A stretch of DNA of 64,000 nt from Octopus bimaculoides (Eukaryota). The stretch's first letter is position 1. The number at the start of each line of letters is the position of its first letter. The position numbers and the translations under genes were made by a program. Positions 14,828 to 30,429 of this stretch are shown piece after piece. The notes beneath the pieces were generated by a model that saw only the letters and a list, made by a program, of their open reading frames with translations, made no database searches and was not told where the DNA came from. The stretch lies in the NCBI RefSeq assembly GCF_001194135.2, contig NC_068998.1:49857753-49921752 (forward strand), given 5' to 3'.

Positions 14828-15130
14828 TTGATATATGTACGTGATTCTTAGCACATTCAAGCAGCGAAAAATAATTTCAAACGTCATTTCAATCACAATA
14901 TAATACTTCACAATAGAGAACAAGTGAATAGAAAATTTTTTTATAGTATTTTAATTAAGCAAACACCTGTTTCCTGATATTTAACTTTAAATGACAAAGT
15001 TTTACTGTGTGGATAATACATCATCAGACATTCAGGGCTTCTAAACAGTAATTTCTATTATCTGCTAAGATGCTCCTTTATAAACTCGCCTTCAGAACAT
15101 AGTGATACTTCGTGACGTGAGAATATAATA
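14828..15130 (+). promoter_or_regulatory. Conserved non-coding block (putative promoter / 5'UTR exon of A3) with E-box CACCTG at 14964-14969
   Basis: Paralogous to 5045-5345; candidate donor gac|gtgaga near 15116; the A3 ATG exon has an upstream acceptor (ttccatttcag, 18042). Confidence 0.55.
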
Positions 15131-15239
15131 CAAAAAGCGAAGAAAAACAGAATACTATCACACCTTTAGCCTACCTAACAAAATAGAAACAAATACAAGT
15201 TTAATTGTTGTAAGAATGTCTTCTCAAGAAATTTCCGAA

Positions 15240-15990
15240 GAAACCTACTAATTCCATTTTTGTTCTTTTTTCGAACTGTCCTGTCCATATATGTCCAATA
15301 GGCCTCACATCTGGTAACTAGCTTAGCCATGTAAGATTGTTAATGCCATTCTGGAATATGGACACATGTTTATATGGGTTTTTGTTTCCATCACACTCCA
15401 GTATCTATGATTGACCATTGCTCCAAATTGCGCCGCAGACCATCACAGAATAGCTGCCTTGTTTCATCGTGGGCAGCAAAGTTTTCATGTCACTTCCTTC
15501 ATCACAACATCTCCAGAACCACAGATAACCACTGTCAGAAATAACAGCAAATCTGGACTCATCGGAGAATATGGTACTGTTCAAAAATGCTAACGGCCAT
15601 TCCATCATTTCACTGACCCAATCTTTTCTCCAATTCTTATTGGATGTTTCAAGATGTGGGTTACTTCTTGCTACTCTACCATAGTAGCCAAGTTTATAGA
15701 GATACCAGACAGCTGTTCTGGGACTGATATCAACTTGTTCTACTATGTCAAAGGCATTGCAGTGAGGATTATCCTCCAAAATCTACTTAACAAAGCAAAG
15801 GGTCCTGTCAGAGGACACTGGTCGAAATTTGAACAGGTTCCAATTCTCCTTTTGTACGTGGCATGATTAAACAGTCACACATAGAACCTGCAGCATAAAA
15901 ATGTTCATTAATAAAAATATATAAAACTTTTCCAATTAAAATAGACATAAAACAATGTTTTATGGGGTGCAAGGAATTTTCTAGTGAGCA
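15240..15990 (-). mobile_element. Tc1-like transposase pseudogene
   Basis: ORF 15405-15779 contains IFSDESRF and SVMVCGAIW, typical of Tc1 DDE transposases. Confidence 0.8.
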
Positions 15991-16270
15991 TTTCTGAAAT
16001 AGAGGAACTGGGGCTCTACTACCTGTAGAGAAGATAGGCAGGGATCGTCGAGGTGTGGACATGAAAGTCTTCAAGAAGTGTCTAGACAGCAGATTCTTAT
16101 CTGCAGAACCGGATGAACCCACAAGGTGGCAGAAAACACAAAGACGAACGGCATCCTCCAACTCGCTACTTCATCAGAAGCAATACTGAAAGAATCGCCG
16201 GATGCTGTAAAGGCGGTGCACCAGCATGGCTTCAGCCGCTGGCTGAAACCCGTAAGATGTAAAAGATAAT
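15990..16270 (+). mobile_element. LINE 3' end plus SINE tail
   Basis: Peptide-like CLDSRFLSAEPDEPT...SNSLLHQ resembles a LINE ORF2 C-terminus, followed by ggcggtgcaccagcatggc SINE-like tail. Confidence 0.45.
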
Positions 16271-18060
16271 AGATAACAGATATATATGTGCGTGCGTATG
16301 TGTATGTGTGAGTAAATACCTGTGTATGTATCTGTGTGTGTGTTAATATATGTGCATACGTGTATCTGTGTGTATATGTATATCTCTGCATGTATATTTG
16401 TATACCTTCTTTTCTATGAATATATGTATATATCTAAAAACTATCATATTGTAGTACTTGGTGACTATTATTTTGCCAATGAAAAACGGACCATATATTT
16501 GGTCTTCATGTCAACATTATAACTATTATTCTAGTTTCAATGTCGACATTTTTTATTGGCACAGACTGTCACATGTTTAGCAACTATCTATTCCACGTTT
16601 ATCCTCTCTTTCTACTTATTCCATTTTGGCATAAGTAGAACAAGGGGAAACACGCCGTCCAAAATGTATGCAAAAGAGCTTAAATGAAGAAACTAAGATA
16701 TTACTAATAAACTGAAGTGAAGGCCACATACATAGCGCGTTTATTTAATTGGCAATATATGACCAAACACAAGTATAGCAATATCTGTTACAGCAGTCGA
16801 TTTCACATCAAATGTCTTGCATAACAAACACATATATGTAACTAACTATTACGATTTCATCTGTTATTGTTTATGCGTTGTTGGGCATCAGGAAACACAC
16901 ATCATCTTAAATTATATATTCAGGTAAGAAATATATTTTCCGTGAAATTATGTAAAAAAGAAAAAATAGATCCGTTTTGAAATCAGCAATTAAAAACTTC
17001 GTATGTGTGTTTGTGCGTGTGTGTACTGGTGTCGTCTGATATACAGATATACGTGCTATTGGGATTTTTATTATTTATTTCCTTCTGTGTTTATAACAAT
17101 ATTACGACTTAAAACATGTAAGTCTATTATGTTATTTCTTTAAATAGTTTTTTTTATATAAACATTAGTATTCCTTATCTTGTGAAAATAGTTATATGTG
17201 ACTATTTGTAGCGAGCTTATTATCTAGCATTTAATGATGTATGTCTGTATGAATATACGTATGTATGTGTGTATGCATGCGTGTTTGTTCACATGTACAT
17301 ACATGAATCGGAATATGAATTTGTAGAAACGTGTATATGCATATTTATATGTGTATAGATGTGTATATGAACACTGTTATATATGTATATATGTATATGT
17401 ATATATATATATTTAGCTCCAATCTACTCACCTGTATATGTGTCACTCTGAGTCAGGATAGCTTTCCAAACACAGGGAATATCGATCTTCTCTCCGAACC
17501 AGTGAGGTGGCATTATTCGAATAACATCATGATCACAGTACAAATTGCACTGGAACCGTAAATTAGAACAACGTCCGATGCTCTGTTTGATATGGCGAAT
17601 TACACTACGATGTATTCTATGTTCATTTATCTTTGTATAATCAATGTTTTCCCGTAAATGTTTTCTAATCACTGTTTGTATTATTATATACATCATATAT
17701 TCATATTAATACATGAATCCATAGCTTTCCCTAAATTTCAGAAAGCCCATTATCCACCTGGTGTTGTAATTTCCTCCCTTTTTTTTCCCTGTACGCAATC
17801 AATTGTTTAAGACCCGTTGTTGTCGCAGTGCTGGAAATATGATCATATTTTAAAATATTTTTTGTTAGTATTGAATTATTATTCAATGAGATATTCGTGT
17901 AATACTGTTTAATATCAACCTATACTACATGTAATACAAAAGAAGGAAAATATATTTCTATTTAATTCGAAAGAGACAGTTATTAGTTAAAAATCATATA
18001 AAAATTTGCATATCTCTAAGTCTTTTTAAATTTCCATTTCAGCAGCTGGCAGTTAGAATA

Positions 18061-18146
18061 ATGAAATATTCTATATGTATATTCCTTTTCATCGTTGGTA
18101 AATAATTATTTGTAATTCTTTTGCATGTATTAACTGATTTCTCACA

Positions 18147-18180
<34 letters not shown>

Positions 18181-19813
18181 ATGCGTGTCTGTGTGAGTTT
18201 CAGTGTGTGTGTGTTTCTGTGTGGGTGACTGAGTGTGGATTGTTGCGTCTGTTGATGCCGCCACTCCGCGTAACACCCTGTGACCGTTCCCTTGCGAATC
18301 TGCAATTCAGCGGTTCGGAAGAAAGAACCGATAATATAAACATTATGTTCAAATCTATGTTCTGGTGTCGGTTTATTGCAGAAAATATTTCAATGTTGTT
18401 CCCAAGCATCCAAAGACTGAAATAAATAAAACAAAAATAAATAAAAAAAAGTTTGATATTGTATATCACAACCGTCCTTCAATTTATAGGTGTTGCAATG
18501 TCAGAGTATTGCTACGACGCAGCCAAGGAATTTTGTACATCTGCTTTGGAAAAATATCCCGAACTTAAAGTCGATAAGTACTACTGCAAGTAAATACACT
18601 TTTATTACAACGATTAGTCTTACTAATATTTATATATATAAATGTATAAATTCCGTATTTATATATTCATATAAATGTATTAATATTTATTTTATGTATG
18701 TAAATATAAATATCTTCCTATCTGTCTATCTATTTATCTATCTATCTATCTATCTAGGTCGTTAGTCAAATCTATCGACCCCAGTGTTCTACTAGTACTT
18801 TGCTTTGACCGGTGTATGAATAAAAAATTCGACTTGCGCAGTATTTCAAAACAGAACATACAGGTGGCGGCAACAACACTAAGCATTTTCTCTTATACGC
18901 TAAGCATTCTGCCAACTCCCGGCCTTAAATAATACCAGTCATTTAAACTGGAATTACTTGAAGTAACTCCATTGGGATCGATAAGTGAAGTTCCCCTGCG
19001 CACATAATGCACATAATTTACAGCTATGTTAAAAATATGCAGCATAGAAAATAAGTATTTTATGCCATAATATGAAAGATAAATAATTGTTGATTTTATA
19101 TTGCAGAATTTTGATAATTTATATGATATAATATTACCAGATATGATTTTTAAAAAATTCTCTTTCCCAATTTGTTTTTGATATTTAGTCGCTTAAAACA
19201 GTTCGCGAGGTGTTTTAAAGGGACGTTCAAGGATTGTAATGACTACTTAAAGAGCATTTATAAGAATAATAACTGTGGTATGATATTTTCATTACTTCTC
19301 ATAGTATTCGGATAAATAGTTAATCAACGATTTGAATTAAAAGAAATGAGTTTGTAATATCACAACGGATTCGATTTTCCATTGAATGAGTTTATTATCT
19401 GTCAAAAAATGAGAATTTACCTAGTTGTACTAATTATTTAATACCTGACATTCACTTAAACATAAGGATAATCACAACAATGTAATATTCGGCGACACTG
19501 AAATTCATTAATACGTTATTATACAGTAATTGCCATTTAAAAGTGTTCGTTCGTTAACTAGTTTAATTATAAGCAAAAAATGTGGGGACATGAAAGTTAA
19601 TGTAACAAAGACTAGCGTTATGCATTTGGGGCTTGTAGACGCAGTTCTTGGAAAGCTAGTAAATGTGAGGAGTAAAAGTCAAACATTACCTGAACATCAT
19701 AATTTCTATCTACCCTAGACAATGTAATTGAAAAACAAAATGCTGCTCCTTCGTCCAGTTTTCAGACATTACGCATCTTAGTATTGGTTCTAATATTATC
19801 TCTCTTGATGTGA
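18061..19813 (+). CDS. Six-Cys GPI-type surface protein, copy A3 (106 aa). Exons 18061-18097, 18490-18589, 19189-19277, 19719-19813. MKYSICIFLFIVGVAMSEYCYDAAKEFCTSALEKYPELKVDKYYCNRLKQFARCFKGTFKDCNDYLKSIYKNNNCDNVIEKQNAAPSSSFQTLRILVLVLILSLLM*
   Basis: Same exon lengths and phases as A2; N-A-A fits a GPI omega site followed by a Ser-rich spacer and a hydrophobic tail; introns and 3'UTR are alignable to A1 and A2. Confidence 0.9.
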
Positions 19814-21490
19814 TAGCATGCCGTGTCAGCTGATCTTCATGTGATTCACGTAAGAATATTCATAAATATATAATGGTTTCAAATTTTATATAGGTTTTTG
19901 CATTCAAAACACACCAGACGTTTAGATTATAGTGTAAAACAGGGAACAATCTGAGAGAAACCACATGCATTAAATCATCATTGAGATATACCTATAATAA
20001 ATTATAATCTCAGTGTAATATTGCCTGATGTCAGTCACCTTTTATGGTTTTAATCATTGGTATCATTTAGTGCGAAACAAACGACTACAATGAATTGATA
20101 TTGTAATTTATTTCTACAATTTGAGAATGCCTATGTTAAGATACATATCGTATAATGTTTCTAAACGGCTGCACTGAGCTATCAACGACCCTCTATTGAT
20201 AGTCTTGCAGGAGGTCAATAAATACTGGCTATAGTCATTCATGGATACATCACCTATGTACACTTCCACAGGCATATATGAGTCATGTTCTGTCCTGTTT
20301 GTTCTGTGTAGTTACAACACAAACACACAGAGATTCTAGTAAGACATAAATGTTTAAAGTACACAGAATGTAGTTATGAGCTTCTAGCAATTTCATACAT
20401 TGAAGATCTTATCTTGACAGCTATTTGCACACGCAGAGAAGGTTCGAAGAATTCTTCATGGCACCTGGCCTATGCATTCAAAATAACAATAGAACAAAAT
20501 AAATCATGCGGAGATTGATATGAACGTGGGTTTTAAACCTGGAATGGTGACAAGAACGGACACGTAAATCAAAATCAAAATAAAATAAGAATAAGATCTA
20601 TGTCCTTTTGACTGTATAGAAGTAAGGCAAGGCGTTGTGTAATCAAACGGAGTTTAATAGCTACGATACAATTGCACAATCCCCAGAGCGTGGTGTTCTT
20701 CGACCCACCAAAAGAAACTTAACTTTATGCTTACGTTTATTGGAAATTTCTGATAAGGGATCCAAGAGCACAATGGTATTGTGAGATCTTTCATCAATGC
20801 ATCACTTGAATTTATTCATGCGTTAATATACGACATGGATTTTTTCTGGAGGAGATCGGTGGATGGCATATTAACTTTCGAAATGACCTCCAGACAAATC
20901 CAGTCTACTAATTCTTTTCGCCCTATTGAACATTTCGGTGAAGGGGCTAGGTCGATTATGTCAATGCTATTGCTCAATAAGTATATATATTAAGCCCAAA
21001 CGGATGAAAAGCAACATACAGAAATTCCGTTAACATTTCGCTCGACATGGTAACAACTCTTACCACCATAATCATAAAAGAATATTAATACGAGATTTCA
21101 ACGATATTATGTTATGTATATTCTTTAATATATGTGCACATATGTTTTACGCAATGTCAATATTTTTGTGTTATTTGTGTTTATAGATATACACGTACAC
21201 ACTCACTCACTAATAATACACACACACACTCATGCACATGCTCACAAACACACAGGCATACCGATATGTATTGTTTAGACACATTTTTGTCGATAAATAA
21301 TTCCGTAAACAGGAAACGCATTTACGCTTGCAGACTCCATGCCAAGAGAAATGTCCGATGTAACATTGATGTCAGCATTATTGCCAGTTATATGCTATGG
21401 AAGATATTACTTGAGTTCAATTAAAGAATTTAACCTCTTTATTTCGTATACTTAGTGTGTTCTTTTACCAAAATTATAGATAGCTAACTG

Positions 21491-21530
<40 letters not shown>

Positions 21531-21991
21531 GAGGTGTATATTTATTTCATTTGCATGATATCTTTAAGGCAGATGTTTCAGCACATATTTAATCTTCTTG
21601 CAGATCAGACAACAAAAATGCCAGTCGAAGCTGTGATTATAATGGTTTGGATTAATAAATACTTAAATAAACCAACTGTGTTATATTTCCGTTATGATCG
21701 GATATGCAACGGCAGTCATGATTACATACATCCAAATATATGCTGGTAGACATTGTGTCACTAGGATTGAATCCCGACTTTTATATTAAGAAAAAAAAGT
21801 TATTATTAAGGTCAATCACTCCGATGATTTCTGATGGATTTTTATCAACACAAATGATGCTATAAAATAGATGTCTATATGTGTATCTACATGTTCATAT
21901 ATATGCCACGTACACGTATAGATACACAGACGAAAACAAACGCTGAGTCACACATCCACATATATATGTGTATGTGTGTCTATGTTTAAGT

Positions 21992-22037
<46 letters not shown>

Positions 22038-22057
22038 TGTGTGTGTGTGTGTGTGTG

Positions 22058-22090
<33 letters not shown>

Positions 22091-22639
22091 NNNNNNNNNN
22101 NNNNNNNNNNNNNNNNNNNNNNNNNNNNNNNNNNNNNNNNNNNNNNNNNNNNNNNNNNNNNNNNNNNNNNNNNNNNNNNNNNNNNNNNNNNNNNNNNNNN
22201 NNNNNNNNNNNNNNNNNNNNNNNNNNNNNNNNNNNNNNNNNNNNNNNNNNNNNNNNNNNNNNNNNNNNNNNNNNNNNNNGAGAGAGAGAGAGAGGGAGGG
22301 GAAAGTAAAGAAAACTCGTGCTATATGGTTAAAGAATATATTTAAATCGTTATGTTAGGAAAATGTTATAAAATTTTGTATACATTTCTTTTCAAATTTC
22401 TCAAATTTCTTTACCAACATTCTATCATTTCTTCGCTGTGAAGTGAAGTATGAGAATTCCAAACAAGGGAATGTAATCAGGAATTTTTTTTCCGTATGAG
22501 GGAGATAATAAAAAAATGTTGGGAATGTCTAGCTAATATGGATTTAACATGATTTGGTTTAGACAGAAATGTTATAAGTAGTTAAGTTTTTCTTTATATT
22601 TTTCTTTCAATGAGGTAAGTTTCCTTATTTACAATTTCT

Positions 22640-24700
22640 AGAAATGGTTAAGGTTTGGGTTATATTTTCCAATGAAGAAGGTTTCCTTATTTAATCTAAC
22701 TTGTGTCGGTGTTCCAATGGCACATTGATAAACTGGAAATATTCCAAATTATGGTAGCAGTTGCTGATATAGCTATGTCAGAGCTGACTTGAACATGTTA
22801 AATCACATCCCAAAAATTGGCAAGCAAGAAACAATGATGGTTTCATTTGATGTGATTAATTTTCATACAAGTATATCTGACAATTATGGGCTAGATGCAA
22901 TTCCCTTCTGGCTGGACCAATATCCGGAAGAGATACCAGAAATGATCAGCGCTTCATGTTTGACGTTTGAAAACGCGTTCTATCGACAAAAGTCCTGAAT
23001 TGTCATGGCCACTAGGTCAAGCCCGGTCATTGCGAGCCTAAAAATGGGTTATCTGTACTTAATGACATAGCTTTGGAAACCTTCTTTCCCAATACATAAA
23101 AGAATATTGGAAAAGATTCCTAGACGACTGTTTCATCCTTTGGAATGAAAACACAGACAAACTCCTGAAATTTAAAATATTATTGAACAGTTTTGGTTTA
23201 GATCTGTTCTTTTCGATATCTTTACAGCGGGTTGGTTTGTATCTGTTCTTCTACATATCAGAAAAGACAAAATTAAACTTGCATTCAGTGATAATAGTTA
23301 TCAGTTTTTGATGGTGCATAAACAGACATTACAACTTGATTGGACAGTCGCGTTGCTGAATATATTTCTATCGGGTGCTGATCCTTCAGTGTTTTGTACA
23401 TCCAAACGTCCGTAAAAGATGTTTTATCCACATAAATACACACACATACACACACACATACACACACACACAGACACACATACACACACACACACACACA
23501 CATACACACACACACACACACACACTTTCGTTGATACATACAAACATACAGGGGACGTTGACCACCCGCCCATCCGGTCAATCTCAAACTATACGATGAA
23601 ATAGGGAAAATCTTCAAACTCGACTTGAGTGAAGACATCAGAAAAAAGTGGAAACGCTACCTCGGTGACTGTCTCATCTTTTGGGACAGATCAGAAGATC
23701 TACGAACATTCCACATCATCCTCAACACACTGCACCTTTCTATCAACTTTACGACAGAAACCAGCTACAACGAACTTCCCTTATAGATTTCAACATGAAG
23801 ACACACAACTCCATCGTCACAGCAGATATCTACCACAAAACAACCAACACATAACAATATTTAAATTTCTACTCCTGCCACCCATCCCGCATAAAAACAA
23901 ATATTCCATATAGTATGGCAAGACGCATGTGCAGCATAGTGGCCGACTTACAAACATGCCAAATAAGACTAAATGAGCTTAAAAACTTCCTACTAGAACA
24001 GATATACTCACTCAAATTAATAAAAAACGCAATCACAAGGGCAATGAAATTGGACATCACACAACTCAGAACTCCAAAAAGAAAACAAAGAAAACATCAT
24101 TCCTTTCATAAACACACACAACCCTGGAGTTACCAATATGTTTCGAATTATACATTCAAACTTACCAATAGTCCTACAAAGCTCCAAAATGGGAAACCTA
24201 TTAAACAAATATTACATTAAAAAAACCCTGTAAAACCTGTAAAAACCTGTAAAAACAACTGACAAGAGCAAAATTATCATCAGAGAACGAAATCGAATTC
24301 TTTGTAAAAGAGTGTGGAGATGGTAGATGTGGGATCTGCAGTAACCCCGTCTATAAATATATAGAGCGAAACAATAAAATTTTTGAGTGGACACTCATTA
24401 AAAGTAAATGCAGACATGAATTGCGAGACGCAGAGCGTAATATACTGCATAACCTGTCCCACATGCAAGGAGAATTACATCGGTGAAACTGGAAATACTT
24501 TATGCCAAAGAACCAGAATTCACCGACACCGTCCGACTGGAGGAACTGCGACAGATTCTACTGAGTAAGCACTTAGAAACATGTGAAGGAAAATTTAAGA
24601 TCTTTCCCTTCTATAAATGCCCAAGGAATGACACATTCTTTAGAAAATTATATGTAACAAGACTTCATAACGAAATTTTCCCCTAAACTGAATAGCTGAA
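22640..24700 (+). mobile_element. Penelope-like retroelement fragments (two RT pieces plus GIY-YIG endonuclease)
   Basis: MVSFDVINFHTSI; WKRFLDDCFILW near 23110; WKRYLGDCLIFW near 23650; VIYCITCPTCKENYIGETGNTLCQR in ORF 24383-24568. Frames are broken. Confidence 0.85.
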
Positions 24701-25021
24701 ATGTGAAAGTCACATTAACTTACCTATAAACCCATCTGGAACAATTAGCTTAGTCTGTGTAATAATGTCCTCATAACGTACAAGAAATTATATGCATATC
24801 TGTTTCATTGAGCTCCTTCACCAGCCACTTTCCCTTGAACATTATTACCCATCGAAATATCTCCCTTTTTGTAAAGAATTGTTCCTTATCTTCATTTCTC
24901 TTGAAAAAGAATATAAATATATACCTGTGGCTGGTGAATATCACTATTTCTGTATTGATTTGGACTGGATGAGGGAATAGTTTTGTAAAATAAACTGTAA
25001 TTTTGTATTAAACTCAAACAC

Positions 25022-25063
<42 letters not shown>

Positions 25064-25091
25064 ACACATTTATATATGAATNNNNNNNNNN

Positions 25092-25122
<31 letters not shown>

Positions 25123-25718
25123 GCTATACATAAATAGAAATATTCTTGCATCCAAATATTCCAGCCCATACCAGCACGGGAATCACCTACCCGAGCGTTA
25201 AAGTAATACACCTGTTTCTTGTTCATACGGCTGTCTTCGTCTTTTGCTTTTCTGCAAATTTCAAGTACTATACATATATATATATATATTGATATATATA
25301 TCTTCTTCCACGCCTTTTACCAGAATCCACTCAGCAGGTTTTGGACCGGCATGAGTCTGTTGTAGAGTACACTAGCACAACATGCAAAGAAGTAGGCCTG
25401 AAACTGGAAACATAGGATTAGGAGGCAAACTCTTTACCACTATCCAGATCCTGGCTACATAGACATAAAGAACTCCCAAATCGTACTAAGTACCGATACA
25501 CATGTGTGCATTTTTATATGCAGACAGTTTAATATGCTGAGTATTACATATGGGTTAAACTGGCAAGTTATTTCAGTCATAATATAACAACATGCAATAA
25601 ATAACGACAGAATATAATATTTATTAAATAACTATCTGTTACATCATTTTAAACTCGAGTGACAAAGTTCTACATAGTGCAAACGGCAACACTAAATAAC
25701 GACAATATCTTATCTACG

Positions 25719-26439
25719 ATGAAAAAATTTATTTGCATATTTTTTCTTCTTTTCGGTAAGTTGCTCTTCCCTCAGCCGGTTATATATATATATATATATA
25801 TATATACATGCATTCTCTCTGTTAATTCCCTCGTGTTTCTTTCTAGTGAAAAGCGTAGGCTGGAAACGTAAAAGATCTGTTTTCCGAGCGTCAGACTAAT
25901 GCACCTGCTTGTTGTTTATACACATATCTTCAGCTTTTGTTCTTTTGTAAATTGCATATATATATATATATATANNNNNNNNNNNNNNNNNNNNNNNNNN
26001 NNNNNNNNNNNNNNNNNNNNNNNNNNNNNNNNNNNNNNNNNNNNNNNNNNNNNNNNNNNNNNNNNNNNNNNNNNNNNNNNNNNNNNNNNNNNNNNNNNNN
26101 NNNNNNNNNNNNNNNNNNNNNNNNNNNNNNNNNNNNNNNNNNNNNNNNNNNNNNNNNNNNNNNNNNNNNNNNNNNNNNNNNNNNNNNNNNNNNNNNNNNN
26201 NNNNNNNNNNNNNNNNNNNNNNNNNNNNNNNNNNNNNNNNNNNNNNNNNNNNNNNNNNNNNNNNNNNNNNNNNNNNNNNNNNNNNNNNNNNNNNNNNNNN
26301 NNNNNNNNNNNNNNNNNNNNNNNNNNNNNNNNNNNNNNNNNNNNNNNNNNNNNNNNNNNNNNNNNNNNNNNNNNNNNNNNNNNNNNNNNNNNNNNNNNNN
26401 NNNNNNNNNNNNNNNNNNNNNNNNNNNNNNNNNNNNNNN

Positions 26440-26486
<47 letters not shown>

Positions 26487-27169
26487 ATATGCACGTACAT
26501 ATGACTATGTATATGCATATATATGTGTGTGTGTATGTAATTCATCGTTTCTTCTTAAAATTGCTTTACTTTTGGAATACAAATCATCTGTAATGTGCAA
26601 CTTGATTTGAAAATCTAGATTATCAATCTCCCTTCTGAATGCTACATGGCGTTTACATGCAACTTACCCTAGAATTCAATATTTCGAAGGAAAAGAACTA
26701 ATATACTCACTGACTATATGTGCAGAACACATAAAATATACCCACTCCAACAAATTTGTAAAGATAATTCGACAAGAATTCATAACGAGTAAAATTGAAA
26801 GCATAAATTTTGAAAATGACAATCGTACAATTAATGATCCCGTATTTTCTAGATCAACAACTTACGCACACAGAAAAAAAACAAAAAAAAAAAACAAAAT
26901 CAAAATATAATATTCCTACATATGTTATTAAACGTCTACTTTCAGATTCAAGAGAAGAATTTATACTCTAGTTGTAGAGAAACGTTTCATTTTATATGCC
27001 GTATTTCTGTGTAACCAACAAAGTAGAACATAAATCAAGTAGAAAAATATTTATTTTTTAAAATTCTAGGTACGGCAGTCTCCAATTACTGCTTCAGAGA
27101 AGGCGCGAAACATTGCAAATATGTTCTAAGACGTTTTCCTGTAACGCACCCGGATATTAACCTCTGCAA
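25719..27169 (+). pseudogene. Truncated copy B4: exon 1 (25719-25755, MKKFICIFFLLF) and exon 2 (27070-27169, GTAVSNYCFREGAKHCKYVLRRFPVTHPDINLC); no exon 3 or 4 found
   Basis: Both exons are intact with GT-AG sites. Intron-2 homology to B5/B6 stops inside a SINE near 27640. No exon 3/4 match was found in the gap-free stretch 27170-33960. Confidence 0.75.
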
Positions 27170-27680
27170 GTAAATATTCGGTTTTTACTATTATCGTTCA
27201 TATTTCCGCCAATAAACTTTGCAAATTCATTTCACATACTCACTTGTTAATATTGTAACAAGCTATGTTACGAGATATATTCCACAAAATGGAATATATC
27301 TAACAATGCCTAAGACATTGTTAGATATGGGATAAATTACTTGTCCCATTGATTCAACACCCATTCATACATCATGTTTGAATTATATAAATGCAATACA
27401 ATTCTATCATAGGCTCACATGCCCCACTTATCAACTGTTATTTAGGTAAACCTCTCTGAATTTCTAATTACCATCATTTCGACCGCAGAAATAGGAACGA
27501 TAATATTCTCACACTTAAGCGACCACAGAATACTAACCATATTAATATTTCTGATATTGTAAGGAGGTTAGCGGAGAGAATCGTTAGCACGCCGGTCGAA
27601 ATGCTTAGAGACATTTCGTCCGTCTTTACGTTTTGCCTTTTTAATATATCTTCAGCATCAAATGTTTACCGCATTAGTTA

Positions 27681-29280
<1,600 letters not shown>

Positions 29281-29339
29281 TTTTTAATAACAAAAAATAA
29301 TTTATTTACCTCGAAATGCTTACCAGCTATACATCGGTG

Positions 29340-29730
29340 CATATGATGCTATAATCCTGTCCCACCGTTCATACTACTTTGGTACTCGTCCCAGACATCG
29401 CTTTCCGTAAGCGATTCGATGATCTCCTATGATGCGCTCTGGATTATGAAAACTTGGTAAAAACGGCTAACTTTGAACTGCATTTTCATTTAGGGAAAGC
29501 GATGAAATTCAGCAGCTGCTAAATCCAGAGAATAGGAATAGAGAGGACGCGGATGAGATACCATGTTGTTTTTGCTGACATTCTCTGTTTTGTTGAGATG
29601 CACTGAGAGTTCAGTGACAGGGTGTATAGTCATCTTGAAGAATACAATACTTCGAACTCCGCCGACCAATTCGATTTTGCCGAAAGTTCTCATTCAAACA
29701 CTTCAAAATGTCGTTGTTTGTCCTGCGACG
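29340..29730 (-). mobile_element. Decayed mariner fragment
   Basis: Minus strand PLYSYSLDLAAAEFHRFP, a degenerate PYSPDLAPxDF motif; alignable to 41560-41885. Confidence 0.65.
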
Positions 29731-30429
29731 ATTCTCATATTCATCATTAATATATTAGAACATCTTGCAATGATATTATTCCAAACAGCAACCAAAATAT
29801 GTGTTCAATATGCCTAACATGAACCACACTATATATAACATTACAAACGCCGGACTTGATAACAAAATATCAGATTATAAAAAAAAGTTTAAATATTAAT
29901 TAAGGTTATCCGCACAAATAAAGCATAACAGGCGAAAAATTTCATGTAGATTTTCACTTTTATATTATAGTGCAGACCTGGCTGTATGGTAAATGTCTTG
30001 CTTCTCAACAACATGCTTGTGGTCTCAGGGTAGCTTGAGCAAGTAGTTTGTACTCCAACCAGGTACCGACCACAGTCATTTGAGTGGATTTGGTAGATTG
30101 AAACAAAAAGGCGCTCATCACTTATATCAATGTAATATATAGGCATCGAGGTGTAGGAAGAAAGTTAGCTACGAACAAACCGTAGGAGATATAAAAATCA
30201 GCTTTCATGAATATTAGCGGTTTATCGAGACGAAAGGTTGCGGACTATTTTTCTTTAGAGAAAAACGATGAGCAAAACACTGTTCATTTTATACTCCACG
30301 GTAGGCGATCAGGTTTGTCGAGTGATCGAAAAAGAATACAAGTTTTACGGAATGGCTACATATATTACATAGTTTGTGAAGCTTCAGAAGTGGTAAAATC
30401 CAAGTGATGTGTATACAGCCGGCTACCCT

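Noticed and set aside
29971-30050. W-L-Y-G-K-C-x7-C after a pyrimidine tract and AG, which looked like the missing exon 3 of B4
   Set aside because: Neither nearby AG gives the required phase, a stop follows, and the sequence matches the head of a common SINE (ctggctgt.tggtaa...cttgcttc.caac.acatg).
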